A program made the position numbers and the translations under genes. The notes beneath the pieces are model-generated. The model was not told the DNA's origin. It did not search any database and saw only the letters and a program-made list of their open reading frames with translations. Below, one piece after another: positions 13,335 through 49,917 of a stretch of DNA of 64,000 nt. This DNA is from Salpingoeca rosetta (taxonomy: Eukaryota; Protista; Choanoflagellata): positions 728,410 through 792,409 of the forward strand of contig JAWQFM010000001.1 in the NCBI GenBank assembly GCA_033442325.1, given 5' to 3'. Each line of letters opens with the position of its first letter. Within the stretch, counting starts at the first letter, position 1.

Positions 13335-14444
13335 ACACAGCATAGCACAGCACAGTGAGACATGCTCGTGTGCACTGCGTGACTAACGGGGCGGCGATGG
13401 AAGGAAGGGTGAGGCGGATCTCTGGCTCGTCCAGGTCTGGAAACTGGTAGCACCTGTTGGTGGCACACGCAGGCCACGCTCGTCAGCAAGATAGAAGGGC
13501 ATCGCTGTCGAAACAGTGGCCTAACATGCAGACCCTCACGCAAACCAACACACATGCGCACGCACGCCCACGCAAACCAACACACATGCGCACGCACGCA
13601 CACGCAAACCAACACACATATTCACACACACGTACGCGCGTACACGCGGCCAACATACTCGAGGGCTCTGTAGGACAAGACGAAGAGTGCGCGTGGCGAA
13701 AATGGGTGCCATCTTGCTTGCACAACACCCTCCCCACTTGTGATAATGTTCAGCCTGCCATGTCCAGCACACAGAGGCAGAAACACACACACATACATAC
13801 ATGAGTCGCGGAAGTGAGCGTTCGTCAAGCAGAGGGTCATGACAACAGTGCATCAAACCATGGCACGTGCGTAACGTACTCTTTGCATTCCGAGGGTCCT
13901 CTTACAGACAAGTCAAAGACCCTGAGAAGGTGTTACGGTGGTACAGATGCACACGCGTGTGACAATACGTTGCAGGAAGTTCAAAACACGCACGATTCAT
14001 GGTCACCGTCTCTTTGCAATAAGACTACAGTTAACAAGCGAGGGGCGATGGGTGTGATGCAACTCAAGGGGGATGTCACGCACTGGATGTCCTGCTCAGA
14101 GACGAGCGCGGCCAGGCTGCCGGTGACGTTGATGTGTAGCTGGCGCACGGGGAATTGCACTGTTCGGTGCACGGGAATGACCCGCTTCTCCAGGGAAGCA
14201 GGCGCCTGCTGTCGATGCAGCAGGTCCATCACCACCAGTTCTGACGCTTCCTCATTCCAAATGTACACTGCACAAACAAGAGCAACAGACGTTGGGGAGC
14301 ACGCGAGAGTACGTGTGTGAGTATGTGCGCGCGTATGTGTGGGCATGTGTGTGTGTGTGTGTGTGTGCGTGTGTGTGTGTGTGTGTGTGAGTATGTGCGC
14401 GCGTATGTGTGAGCATGTGTGTGTGTGTGTGTGTGTCTGTGTGT

Positions 14445-14503
<59 letters not shown>

Positions 14504-14912
14504 CATGCACCCGGGCAGTAGCTAGCCCCCTCCCCCCCCCTGCGCAGTGGACAGCGTGTTGTGACCAGACACAGCTGCAAACATCAAAGCAGGGCCCCGT
14601 CGCAAAGCGTACAGTGGCACAACACTCGTGCAAGACGCACACACTCGTTTGTACATGCACAGTGACATGTACGCTTGCTCACATCTGTCGCCTTGTTGGT
14701 CTGTAAGAGACAGGGGCATGTTGCCGTCCCTCAGCTCAAGGCCCAGCTTCATGGACTGGACCACATCCCTGCACAAAGCCATCATCAAGGCGGAGAGGGG
14801 GCATTCACGCAGTAGATGAGCAGTAGTTCACAACACACCCAGCAGCCCATCACAAACAGCACCACTGACAGCACCACTGACAGCACCTGATGGCTGACTC
14901 GAAGCGCTGCAT
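8186..14912 (-). CDS. NUP88: Nucleoporin Nup88/Nup82-like (beta-propeller plus C-terminal coiled coil), multi-exon
   Basis: MQRFESAIR|DVVQSMK.. splices in frame. Peptides VYIWNEEASELVVMDL..FPVRQLHINVTGSLAALVS, EVVAFCFGTGDGWERLCVYVLHAD..SFCPVIP and TPALSDEERAMKKRLEQL (cf. Nup88 PVLSDSERDMKKEL). Last exon HDRIEDLKEKVDSMRASLSLD*. The start codon is inferred. Confidence 0.8.
11972..12071. other. Assembly gap (100 N)
   Basis: Run of N inside a Nup88 intron. Confidence 0.99.
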
Positions 14913-15071
14913 GGTCGGTTGGTCAGTTGGTTGGTGCGTTCGTCGAGTGCTCGTGAGCCGGAACCGTTTCGCTGACACGACAGCATGTAATTTCGCCGCA
15001 CAATTTCTCGACAACCACCACCGCCACTGATCGCTCGTCGCTTCCTGTTGTGTTGTGCTGTGTTGGTTTTG

Positions 15072-16740
15072 ATGATGATGGCGTCCTTCCTTGCTGCGGG
15101 CCGGTTGATGCGCGGCGCTGCTGCTGCTGCCGGCATGCAAAGGGCTGCCGCTGCTGCTGCTACTGTCGCCGGTACTGGTGCTGGTGGTGCTCGGGCACGT
15201 CTGCTTCAAGCAACACGCGCTGTCTCTGCCATCTCAGGTTCGTCGGCATTACACAAATGAACAATGTCGTCTGTCAGTCCTTGAAAACAGCTTGTTTACG
15301 TTCCATGCCTGCCCTTGCCCCTTTGCCCTTACCCTTGCCTTGCTTTGATGGAGGGCGATTGCGGAGCAGCAAGGGCTCACCTATCATGCTTGTGCATGTG
15401 TGTGCATGTTTATGTGTGATTGCTCGCTTGCTTCCCCCCCCCCCTTTCTTGCTTCTTGTGTGTGTGTGTGTGTGTGTTTTGCAGTGGAGCCGACGGATGT
15501 TGATGGCGTCAAGATCTTGTACATGAACCACAAGCCCGTGAACGCGCTGTCGCTTGAATTCACCCGCGACCTCGTCAACACAATTGAAGAACTCGAGGTG
15601 CGTGTCCACACGAATGATGATCGTCTTCATGTTCATGTACGCGGTTGTGCAGCCGCGTTTTTGTCACGTGTGTGCGTGCGTGCGTCCACAGCCTTTCCTC
15701 TTTGGCTGTGCGATTGATCGCCCGTCCTGTCTTGGACGATGGTGCGACGATGCTGACGCACACCTCGTTTGCTTCGCTTACGTGTGCTTGCTTTGTGGCA
15801 GGCGGACAAGGACAACAAGGCGGTGGTGATTGCCTCCAGCCTTCCCAGCACCTTCATGGCTGGTCTTGATATCCGCGAAATGTACGACAAGGATCTGCCC
15901 CACCTGAACAAGTTCTGGTCCACACTGCAGGTAAAGCTTGAATGTGTGAATATGTGTGTGTGAATGTGTGTGCGTGTGTGAATGTGTGTGTGTGTGTGCG
16001 TGTCCTTTTGTGTAGGTGGAAGTATGTGTGCATGTCTCTGCCACGATGCGCTCATGCGTGCATGCATGTGTTGTTGCCGCATGTCAAGATTTTTTTCTGA
16101 CACCCTTCATCGTCCATCTCACCCAAACTCTTCAAACACCATTCCCTCCAAACCCATCACCCCTCCCCCTTGCAAACACATGCACACACCAACCCGCGTG
16201 TAGGACCTGTTCCTGAAGCTGATGACGACCCGGTTGGCCACGGCTGCCGCTGTGGAGGGCAACAGTCCCGCTGGCGGCTGCCTTGTTGCGCTGATGTGCG
16301 ACGAGCGCGTGATGGCAGACGCCCCCGTCACCATTGGCCTCAACGAGACAAAGCTTGGCATTGTGGCGCCGGTGTGGTTCATGGATCTGTTCCGCGGTGC
16401 TGTCGGCCAGCGCAACGCGGAGCGCCTGCTGCAGCTGGGTGCGCTGCTGTCTCCACACGAGGCAAAGGGCGTGGGCCTCGTGGACTATGTGCGGCCGAGA
16501 GAGGACGTGGTGCAGACGTGCGTTGATCTGCTCCAAGACTACCTGGCTGTTCCCGCCGCTGCCCGCCACCTCTCCAAGCTTGCCATCCGCAAGGACATTG
16601 TTGACAAGGTGGCCCTCAACCGCGAAGGGGATCTGGAGTTCTTTGTCAAGTTCATTCGGCAGCCGGCTGTGCAGAAGGGCCTTGGCAAGTACCTTGAAGC
16701 CCTGGCCCAGCGCCAAGCAAACAAGACCAAGCAAACCTAA
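15072..16740 (+). CDS. ECI1: Mitochondrial enoyl-CoA delta isomerase (crotonase fold), 4 exons
   Basis: Ala/Arg-rich presequence; MNHKPVNALSLEF, FMAGLDIREMY, AAVEGNSPAGGCLVALMCDERVM, IGLNETKLGIVAPVWF; TAA ends at 16740. Confidence 0.92.
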
Positions 16741-16750
16741 CGCAGCCCAC

Positions 16751-16793
<43 letters not shown>

Positions 16794-17046
16794 TGACTGT
16801 GTTTGTGTTTGTGTTTGAACCTGTGACCCTGTGCGTGCGTGCGTGCGTGCGTGCATGCGCTCCTTCTTGCGTGTACACCCGTGTGTCTCCGCTTTGAGCG
16901 AGTACCTGACCCTGCGTTGCTGCTGTTGTTACTTCAAATGCGTGTCTGCGCGTTCGTCCACGCTCTTCAACGTCATTCTTGCGTAATTTCATGTCAACTG
17001 CGCTGTCCTTCTTCCTGCCAGCAAGACGAGCAGCGAGCGAACAACA

Positions 17047-17816
17047 ATGAGTGAAAAGAAGCGAGGCGTCCACGCACCTGATGCAGCAGCTGCTGCAGCT
17101 GTTGTTGTCGTTGTTGTGGGTAATGGCCAGCACGTGCCTGCGGGTGTGCGCGATGCGATTCAACAACACGAGCAGCATGTGCACATGGTCGAGCACACCA
17201 TTCGTGGCGCAGCAAAGGCGGGCCACAACACGGCTGATGCCATACAAGAAGCGGTGCAGCGCCGTGGCGCTGTGGGGTTGGTGTTCACGGAGGACGCGCT
17301 TTCAATGGTGGCAGAACAGATGGAGCGTGTGCGCGCGCTTCTGCCGTCCTTGTTCATCGTCGTTTGGAGCAGACGGGCGACTGACTCGCTGGTGTTGAGG
17401 CAGATGTGGTTTGATGCCGGGGTGAACCAGGTGACGCACGACACCGGCGCTCTGTCGCACGTCGTGCACACGCTCGTTCGGCAGTGCAGGTCGGCCGGCA
17501 CCTACACGTGCGACATGTGCGGCATGCCTGATCTCTCTGCAGAAGGCATCTTCCTGCACTACCCGCTGTACCACTGCAATCACAACACGGAGGACCGGGT
17601 TTGCCCCATCTGCAACCTCACGACAAACGTCCAAGTGCACATCCGCAACCATCACATCCCTGCATCGCTCCCTGATGTACAACCCGAACCCATGGACGTG
17701 GAACACAGCTACTGCTTCTCACTCATCGTCTGCAGACACCCAGCTACCGGCAGGTCAGGGTTCTGTGGTATGTAGCTGTGAGTGGGTTAAGGGGGGGGGC
17801 ATGTGTGCCTGCAGTT

Positions 17817-17855
<39 letters not shown>

Positions 17856-17871
17856 CTGCAGGTTGGGGGTG

Positions 17872-17932
<61 letters not shown>

Positions 17933-18710
17933 CTGAGTGTGCTTTCAAACAAGGTCAGATCCCGTATCGTTTGGCGCAAAGCGTCTCACCCACGTGTATA
18001 TCTGTGTGTGCTTGCTGTTGCTGTTGCCCTGCATCAGGTTCCTGCTTGTCCAAGACTACGCGGGTTCTGGCTTCTGGCTGCCCGGTGGCCGCGTTGATGT
18101 TGGTGAGACGTTCCAAGAAGCAGCCATTCGGGAAACACAGGAAGAAGCTGGTGTGGACATCAAGCTCACAGGCATCCTTCAGGTGTGGCAGCCCTCCTGC
18201 TTGGGCATGTGTGTGTGTGTGTGTGTGTGGGTGTGGGTGTGGGTGTGTGTGTGGGTGTGTGTCTGGCTCACTGTGTTCGCGTGCATGAGTTTGTCTCTCC
18301 CCGATGCAGCTGTCGTCACGCAGTCGCGCACAAGCTCACACACACACACACATTCACTCAAACAAACACACACACTACCTCACTCTCTCATCCGCACTGT
18401 CAACACGGCCAAGGTGTTGAGCCGGCCTGGTCGAAGACGCCACCGCCGCCAACACAACTACCGCCGCACAGTCGTCGTGTTCCTGGCAGAGCCTGCAACA
18501 CCAGAGCACTGCCCGGCAAAGACAGTCCCCGACTACGAAAGCGTTGGCGCGTGTTGGGTGTCGGCGGAGGAGGTGCTGTCCCAAAGGGACGACGTGAAGT
18601 GGCGTGGCAAAGAGCCCGTGGTGTGGATCGAGTTTGTTACCAACGGCGGTCGCATCTTGCCGCTCGATGCTCTCGCCATGGAGGGAAGCCGACCCCCGCC
18701 CATCCAATGA
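17047..18710 (+). CDS. Zinc finger (Di19/KCMF1-type) plus Nudix hydrolase fusion, 3 exons (17047-17753, 18038-18183, 18414-18710)
   Basis: YTCDMCG..LHYPLYH..VCPICNL..HIRNHH, then the Nudix box FWLPGGRVDVGETFQEAAIRETQEEAGV and a NUDT18-like C-terminal part KTVPDYESVGACWV. Splice phases are consistent. Confidence 0.85.
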
Positions 18711-18729
18711 TGACGATCGACGTTTATGA

Positions 18730-18906
<177 letters not shown>

Positions 18907-19243
18907 GCTTGTATCTAATCTCTCCCTCCCGCGTCTACCCCCTGGCTCGATCGCAGACATGTGTGCCTGGTTTTAATAAAGGAAGAAAAGGAAGGAAGGA
19001 CGGTTGAAAGGTTGGGGGTGGTGCTACACATGAAGACAGAGGGCAGGACGACGATACAACTTTCATGCAGTGGCTGCCCAGTCGCCCACTTTACCGCAAT
19101 CGATCGATTAGATAACGATACACGCACACATGACACACACGCACACACACACACATGACACACACGCACACACACACGCACACAACGATACGTCAGGATG
19201 CCTACACATTCAACAGGGACACCGTGATATCACACATGGCGCA

Positions 19244-26566
<7,323 letters not shown>

Positions 26567-27160
26567 GGTGGGTGAGTGGTGTTTGTGCTCTCGCTTCTCT
26601 GCACTCTGATATTGTCACACCAACGAGACTGGCGCCCGAGCCAACCAAGGAAGCAGTGTGGCTGTGGTCTCGGTGGGCGGTGGCTTGCTTGATGTGAGTT
26701 GTCTTGACTGACAATGCGTTGTCGTCGCTCACGTAACAGGTCGCAGTGCTGTGTGTATTTTTGCCCCCTCAACTCCCTTTGTGTGGTTTGTCCGCCTCTT
26801 GTTTGTTGCTGCGTCCCTTCCTTCCTTGCTCTGCTTCTGCGCGACTTGCTTCCTTCGTCTTTGCTTGCGCTTGGCACCCACAATGTGATGTGAACTGTTG
26901 TTGTCTTCTATTTGGTGGTCAGCGTTGACACGCTGATGCATGTAACGAAGATGTCCAAAAGGCCAAGAGTCACAACCAGTACCGTAACACCACCATCCGA
27001 ACCACTCGCACAAACGAACATGCACGCACACACCCCTCGCACACAACCAAGCAACACCACATCACATCACACAACACAAGGCCGCAGGAGTCCCAACCAC
27101 CAGAGGGTGGCAGCCCCCCCCCCCTTGTCACTTGCTTGCTTCTCTGCTGGCTTGCCTGGC

Positions 27161-28066
27161 TTAGTCTGCCTTGGCACGTCGACGAGCACCAGGTGCAGCA
27201 GCACCAGCAGCGGCAGTGCCGTTGGCAGGCTTCTTGCCTGCTGGGGCCGCTGTGGAGGTTTGCTTGCCCGTCGTCGTGCTCCTGGCAGCACCACCACCAG
27301 CAGCCAGCTCCTCCTCCAGTTCACGGCGCAGCTTGTCGCGCAGGGCGTGGCGGGTGTGCGACTCGATGACGCGCTTGGAGAAGTAGGGGCCGTTCCAGAA
27401 GATGGTGGCCAGGTTGAAGAAGGTGATGACGAAGATGACCCAGCGCGGCGCCGTGTTGTACAGCGACGTGTTTGGCGTGATGGGGGACATGCCTGCGTCT
27501 GCGCGGCGGCAGTACTCCACCCAGCTGATCCAGACGAGGAAGGCGTCGATGACGCAGCCCGGGGACCGGATCCACTGCTGGATGTTGCTGTTGTAGCGCT
27601 TCTCCGTGACGGACTTCATCCACCCCTTCTTCACGGCAACCAGCATGGCGTAGTCGATGCCGCCCGGCAGGCCGGTCGCGTAGAAGGTGCCGTGGCCCAG
27701 CAGCGAGCCCGGCTGCACAATGTAGGACATGGGCAGCGTGATGCCAATCATGATGATGTGGTGCAGCCAGTCCACGTAGGCGAGGGGCAGGAAGGCGACC
27801 ATGTGGTACACGTGCAGCGCGAACATGACGTCGGTGCCGAAGCAGTCGCACTCCACAAAGGCGGCCTCCATCGGGTGCATGTAGGTGAAGAGGAGGTCGT
27901 CCACGTGCACCAGCGTCACCACGAGGTTGCACACAACATGCAGTGTGAAGTAGCGGCCGTTCTTGTCGCTCTTTGGGAAGAAGCCCGTCTTCACAATCAG
28001 CTCATCCAGCAGGTAGAACACCACAAAGCTCACGGCAGCAACCGCCAAGTCATATTGCCAGTTCAT
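27161..28066 (-). CDS. Intronless TLC (TRAM/LAG1/CLN8)-domain membrane protein, 301 aa
   Basis: Uninterrupted 906-bp ORF MNWQYDLAV.. with strong GC3 bias and several hydrophobic segments; motifs RYFTLHVVCN, ALHVYH, DWLHHIIM, GLPGGIDY, WIRSPG. Confidence 0.82.
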   Translation of the reverse strand: MNWQYDLAVAAVSFVVFYLLDELIVKTGFFPKSDKNGRYFTLHVVCNLVVTLVHVDDLLFTYMHPMEAAFVECDCFGTDVMFALHVYHMVAFLPLAYVDWLHHIIMIGITLPMSYIVQPGSLLGHGTFYATGLPGGIDYAMLVAVKKGWMKSVTEKRYNSNIQQWIRSPGCVIDAFLVWISWVEYCRRADAGMSPITPNTSLYNTAPRWVIFVITFFNLATIFWNGPYFSKRVIESHTRHALRDKLRRELEEELAAGGGAARSTTTGKQTSTAAPAGKKPANGTAAAGAAAPGARRRAKAD

Positions 28067-28912
28067 GCTTGGTTGGTCAGTGACGTGATGATATGGGTGA
28101 AGACAACGAAGAAGAAGAAGAGAAGAATGAACGTCGGAACACAAGAACAACAAGACAAAGAGAAGAACAAGGGAAGACAAAAGTAGACGAAGACGAAACA
28201 ACGGTGGGGAGTTCAGTGGCGTGATGCGACAAGGGAACAACAGACTTAACTGTGATCTGAGACGAAGAGAACAATGGATGGACAGTGAACTACAACAGCA
28301 CAACGGTAGGTAGGGTGACGCCGGGGACGTAGCTCCAAAAGTGCGACCAACCAACCAACCAACACAACAAAACACAACCGTGGGGGGACGGGTTCACGCT
28401 GTGCAGAACGACAGCAACAAACAAACACAGCAGCAGCTATGAGGTAACGATGACGATATTGTGAAGATATGCGCCAATTTTCGTAGCACCCAATTGCGCG
28501 AAGCAAAAAGAAGAAGAAAAGCAAGAAACGGACGGACACAACAAACAAACACCTGAGGCAAGCAAGCAAGCAACAGCAGCAAGGTGGTGATGATGATGAC
28601 AGAGAGTGGGGGTTCTGTCTGTTCCTGTATGCCGTGTATGTGTGTGGGTGTGTGTGGGTGTGTGGGTGTGTTGGGGTGCCTGCTGCGTCGGTGTCGGCTT
28701 CTGCAAGCAAGCAAGAACAGTTCGAGAGAGAGAGTGTGTGAGTGACGTCTCTTCACATACGCTCACACTCGCTCGTGTATTGTGGGTTTTGTTGCAGAAG
28801 AGAAGCACGACACGTTCTTGGTGTCAGTGCCAGTCAAGCAGACACAAAGCGGTTCTTTCCGTATGTGCGTGCGTGCTTTGAGCGCGACGAGCAAGCGAGC
28901 CCTTAACAAGTT

Positions 28913-38300
<9,388 letters not shown>

Positions 38301-38690
38301 CCTTTCCAACTCAGTGTGTGTGTGTGTGTGTGTGTGTGGTGATGGTGGTGGTGGTGTTGTTGTTTCTTCTTTTGCACATAACTACGAGCATGGTATTCCG
38401 TCTGGTGTTAATTGTAAACCACACTGCATGCCATGGCATCCTAAGGAACGACACCAACGACTATTGAGCTTGCTCGCTTGAAGCCTGGTCAGCATGCACG
38501 GCCCCAAACACACAAAAACACAAAACGTAAACACGGACGGCACTTGCATGGGAAAACTAACACCATTCCTCAGCCAGCACGCATTCATCCCATGCATCCA
38601 TGCGTTCATTCGCATACACATGACGCCATTGCAAATGCGCGCGCGTGGAAGAACGGGTGCATTGACACATGAGCGGGGCCGGCGTTGCGG

Positions 38691-46849
<8,159 letters not shown>

Positions 46850-47481
46850 ATCGGGTGGTGGTGGTGTGGTGATGATAGTTGTGGTCCTCACGCAACAACT
46901 TCTTGGCGTGTGTTGCTCTTCCTTGTTCTTCGCTTGGTGTAAAAGGCGATTTTGACTTTGTGTCGCCCATTGCGCAATTTCACTTTAAAGGCAAACTTGA
47001 CATTGCCATGGCAAATCTTCCTCCGCCAACTGTTTGAACCACTGGATCTTGAGCAAGCACACGAAGAACAAAACCGCGCGCAGGACAGCAGCCGCATGCG
47101 AACGTGGCAGCCGCGACACTGCATGTGAGAGTGGGGTGTGGCGATGATGATTTGACACGACCACGTGCTCCAACCGGCCTTGCCTTTTTGCTTGGGGCGG
47201 AGAACGTTATTGTTCACAGTGAAACACACACGCGTCCACATCTGCTCACGTGCGTGCCACGACCCCACATTTTTTATCATTTGCCCCTTGTTCACTGCGT
47301 GCGCTTGCTCACGTGGCCTACCCAGAACAGAGGCAAGCTGCAACATGAAGGAAGACACGCGCACGCAAGCGCGCACGTAACTGACAGCAAGCTCCACTTG
47401 CGCGTGAAAGTGGGCCATTTCCCTGTTGTCTTCCCCCACCTCTCCTCCTTCTCCCGGTACCTCAACAGCCCCTACCACAGC

Positions 47482-47596
47482 CAGTGAACAGTGAACAGTT
47501 TTAGTGAACAGTCTCAGTGAACAGTGACCAGTGAACAGTGACCAGTGACCAGCGAACAGCGACCAGTGAACAGTGAACATTGATTGACCAGTGACC
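47482..47596 (+). repeat. Imperfect heptamer array CAGTGA(A/C)
   Basis: About a dozen imperfect CAGTGAA/CAGTGAC units, unlike the CA/GT repeats elsewhere. Confidence 0.85.
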
Positions 47597-47817
47597 ACCA
47601 CCCACAACGACTGTCCACTTGTAAGTCACACCTCGGCCAGCAAAGCAAACCACACATGACAGGCTGGCATATCACACATGAGTGCCCACAAACGAACGCA
47701 ACGCGTGAACAAACCTGGTGTCATCCACGTTCAGACGTGCCTTGCTTGAATTGACTCTTACGCTTCCTCTCCTTGCTGCTGCAACGCCATCCCAAGGACT
47801 TAAAGAACGCCAACAGC

Positions 47818-48264
47818 ATGGACGAGGCAAACCGCAAGGCGTGGAAGAAGGCCATCAAGGAGCTGGGCCGAGATCCAGACTGCGACGACTTGGACCTCAC
47901 GGATGCCGTCATCGCCGCAGAGGAGATGCTCAAGGACAGGAGCACGCGCGAGAAGGACTTGCGCAGGCTGTTTCGCGGCAAACCCGTGTGCATGATGTGC
48001 CTGAAGGTTAACCGCCGGTGCGTGTGCGCTGACGCAAACCTCCTTCAGCAGCTGAGCATGCGCCCGGTTCCCAGCCGCGCGACGCCTGCCGAGCGCCAGC
48101 GCCGGGCCCTCGTGCGCTCGTGCGCCGAGAAACTCTCCCGCGTGGTGCCCAACCTCCAAGACGATGGGAAGAGGAAGAAGAAAAAGGAGAAGTCTATCAA
48201 CGCCAGCCAACACTATGACCCAAGCGGCGTTGCCGGACGCACCCCAAGCCCAAACTACCGATGA
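47818..48264 (+). CDS. Orphan basic protein with a Cx2Cx6CxC motif and putative NLS (may have upstream exons)
   Basis: Repeat-free 148-aa ORF with coding-like codon use; VCMMCLKVNRRCVC; GKRKKKKEK; possible intron ~47620-47796 (GTAAGT..AAG). Confidence 0.55.
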   Translation: MDEANRKAWKKAIKELGRDPDCDDLDLTDAVIAAEEMLKDRSTREKDLRRLFRGKPVCMMCLKVNRRCVCADANLLQQLSMRPVPSRATPAERQRRALVRSCAEKLSRVVPNLQDDGKRKKKKEKSINASQHYDPSGVAGRTPSPNYR

Positions 48265-48749
48265 CGCCTCGTCAACGACAGGCAGCACCATGGAAATCCC
48301 TTTCTGTCCCTCATATGTATTCCCCCACGCCCCGCAATCTTATTTCCACTCACTCAATCGCTAACAGAAGTACTGCTAACCTATTTGTGACCTGACAGTT
48401 GCCCGCTCTTTCCCCAATTCCACCCCCCCTTCACCCCTTGTCCCTTAACTCCTAACCCCACCCCCACTCTCCACGCGATTCATTGTAACCGTCCGTTTTC
48501 GCCCCTGTATCTGCGTGTATCTGCAAGTATCCGGTGCGTCTGTACGTGCGTCTGCGTGTACACTGCGTGGATTTCCCATTGGCTGTGCGTCGAGGCAAGT
48601 TTCAAGCTTCAGTTGACCAATACACGATCAAGCACAACCCAAGCCACCAGGGGGGGGGGGATGTGCCAGAGTCAGAGAGAGAGAGAGAGACTGGAAGAGA
48701 CACAGAGGTGGAGAGGAATGGTGCGAGGTCTAGTGCGCATGTGCGTGTG

Positions 48750-49457
48750 TTACTGTGCATTTTTGTACTCGATGAAGCGCTTGAGGTTCAAGCGCGTCTC
48801 AGACACGCGCGCCTTGAGGTCCGGTGGCATGCCACGCTGAGGGGTGTATGTGTTTGGGGCGGGAGGAGATTAACCAAGCGGTGAGATGCCAGCACGAGGA
48901 AGGAGGTGCCATCCACCATAGGCTGCGCGGCCAAGCATACACGCAAGCAAGAGCGAGCAAGCAAGCACGAGAACACACTAAAGCGCAATGCCACAATGAC
49001 ATCGACATGGGACTGGGCAACCCACCTCAACGCGCGTGTTTGCCAAGAGCTTGGGCACCGTCTCCGCCAGGCCAGATGCGATGTACTTCCAACAAAAGGG
49101 GCAGGAACAGCACACCAACACGCGTGAGAGGTGCATGACAAGCGTGTGTGTGTATGTGTGTGTGTGTGTGTATTCGGCCACTCGCGTGGGTGTGTGAAGT
49201 CACATCATGTGTCCATCCCAGCCCCTTGTGCGGCGCGCATACCTCTTGGTTGACGTCGGCCTCTGCAAACGCATCGAAGACTCCATTGATCGCCTCCATG
49301 CGCACCCTGGCATATACACGCAGCAGAGACACGCGTGAGGTTGGTGGCGCAAAACAAAAATAAAAGCATAAACAAAGATCACAGAAACCCTTGCACACAT
49401 TCACACACACACACATTCACACACACACACACATTCACACACACACACACACACGCA

Positions 49458-49525
<68 letters not shown>

Positions 49526-49835
49526 AGGGAGACGGGTCGGTGGCTGCGGCGTGTGCGATTGCCTTGCCCAGGTCCACGAGGTCTTGCTTGTTTGCCGGCA
49601 GCTGCGAAACACACGCGAGCACGCCAACACACGCCGTGCGCGCCTCCTCTGGCGACGACGAGTCAGAGGCAACCTGCGAGATGCGTGCCACATGCATGTA
49701 TGAACATAACAGGCACACACACGCACACGAAAAAATATACCCACATACACACTTGTCAGATATGCACCCATCGTACGGACTGATGGCTCGTAACAACCAT
49801 GTCTCACTCGCTCGCTACCGTGCACGGACGCAGAA

Positions 49836-49917
<82 letters not shown>

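Noticed and set aside
26912-28186. 424-aa plus-strand ORF and other overlaps on the TLC gene
   Set aside because: Antisense shadow of a high-GC3 coding sequence; the same applies to 16132-17247 over ECI1
28067-28375. N-terminal extension of the TLC ORF in the track (404 aa)
   Set aside because: It starts at a non-ATG codon and reads like pyrimidine-rich 5'UTR; the first ATG at 28066 is preferred
47482-47596. CRISPR-like or telomeric array
   Set aside because: 7-bp units with no unique spacers, no cas genes, and not TTAGGG-like
46985-48620. Complete DNA transposon or LTR element
   Set aside because: No convincing TIR, LTR or TSD and no catalytic motifs found by eye
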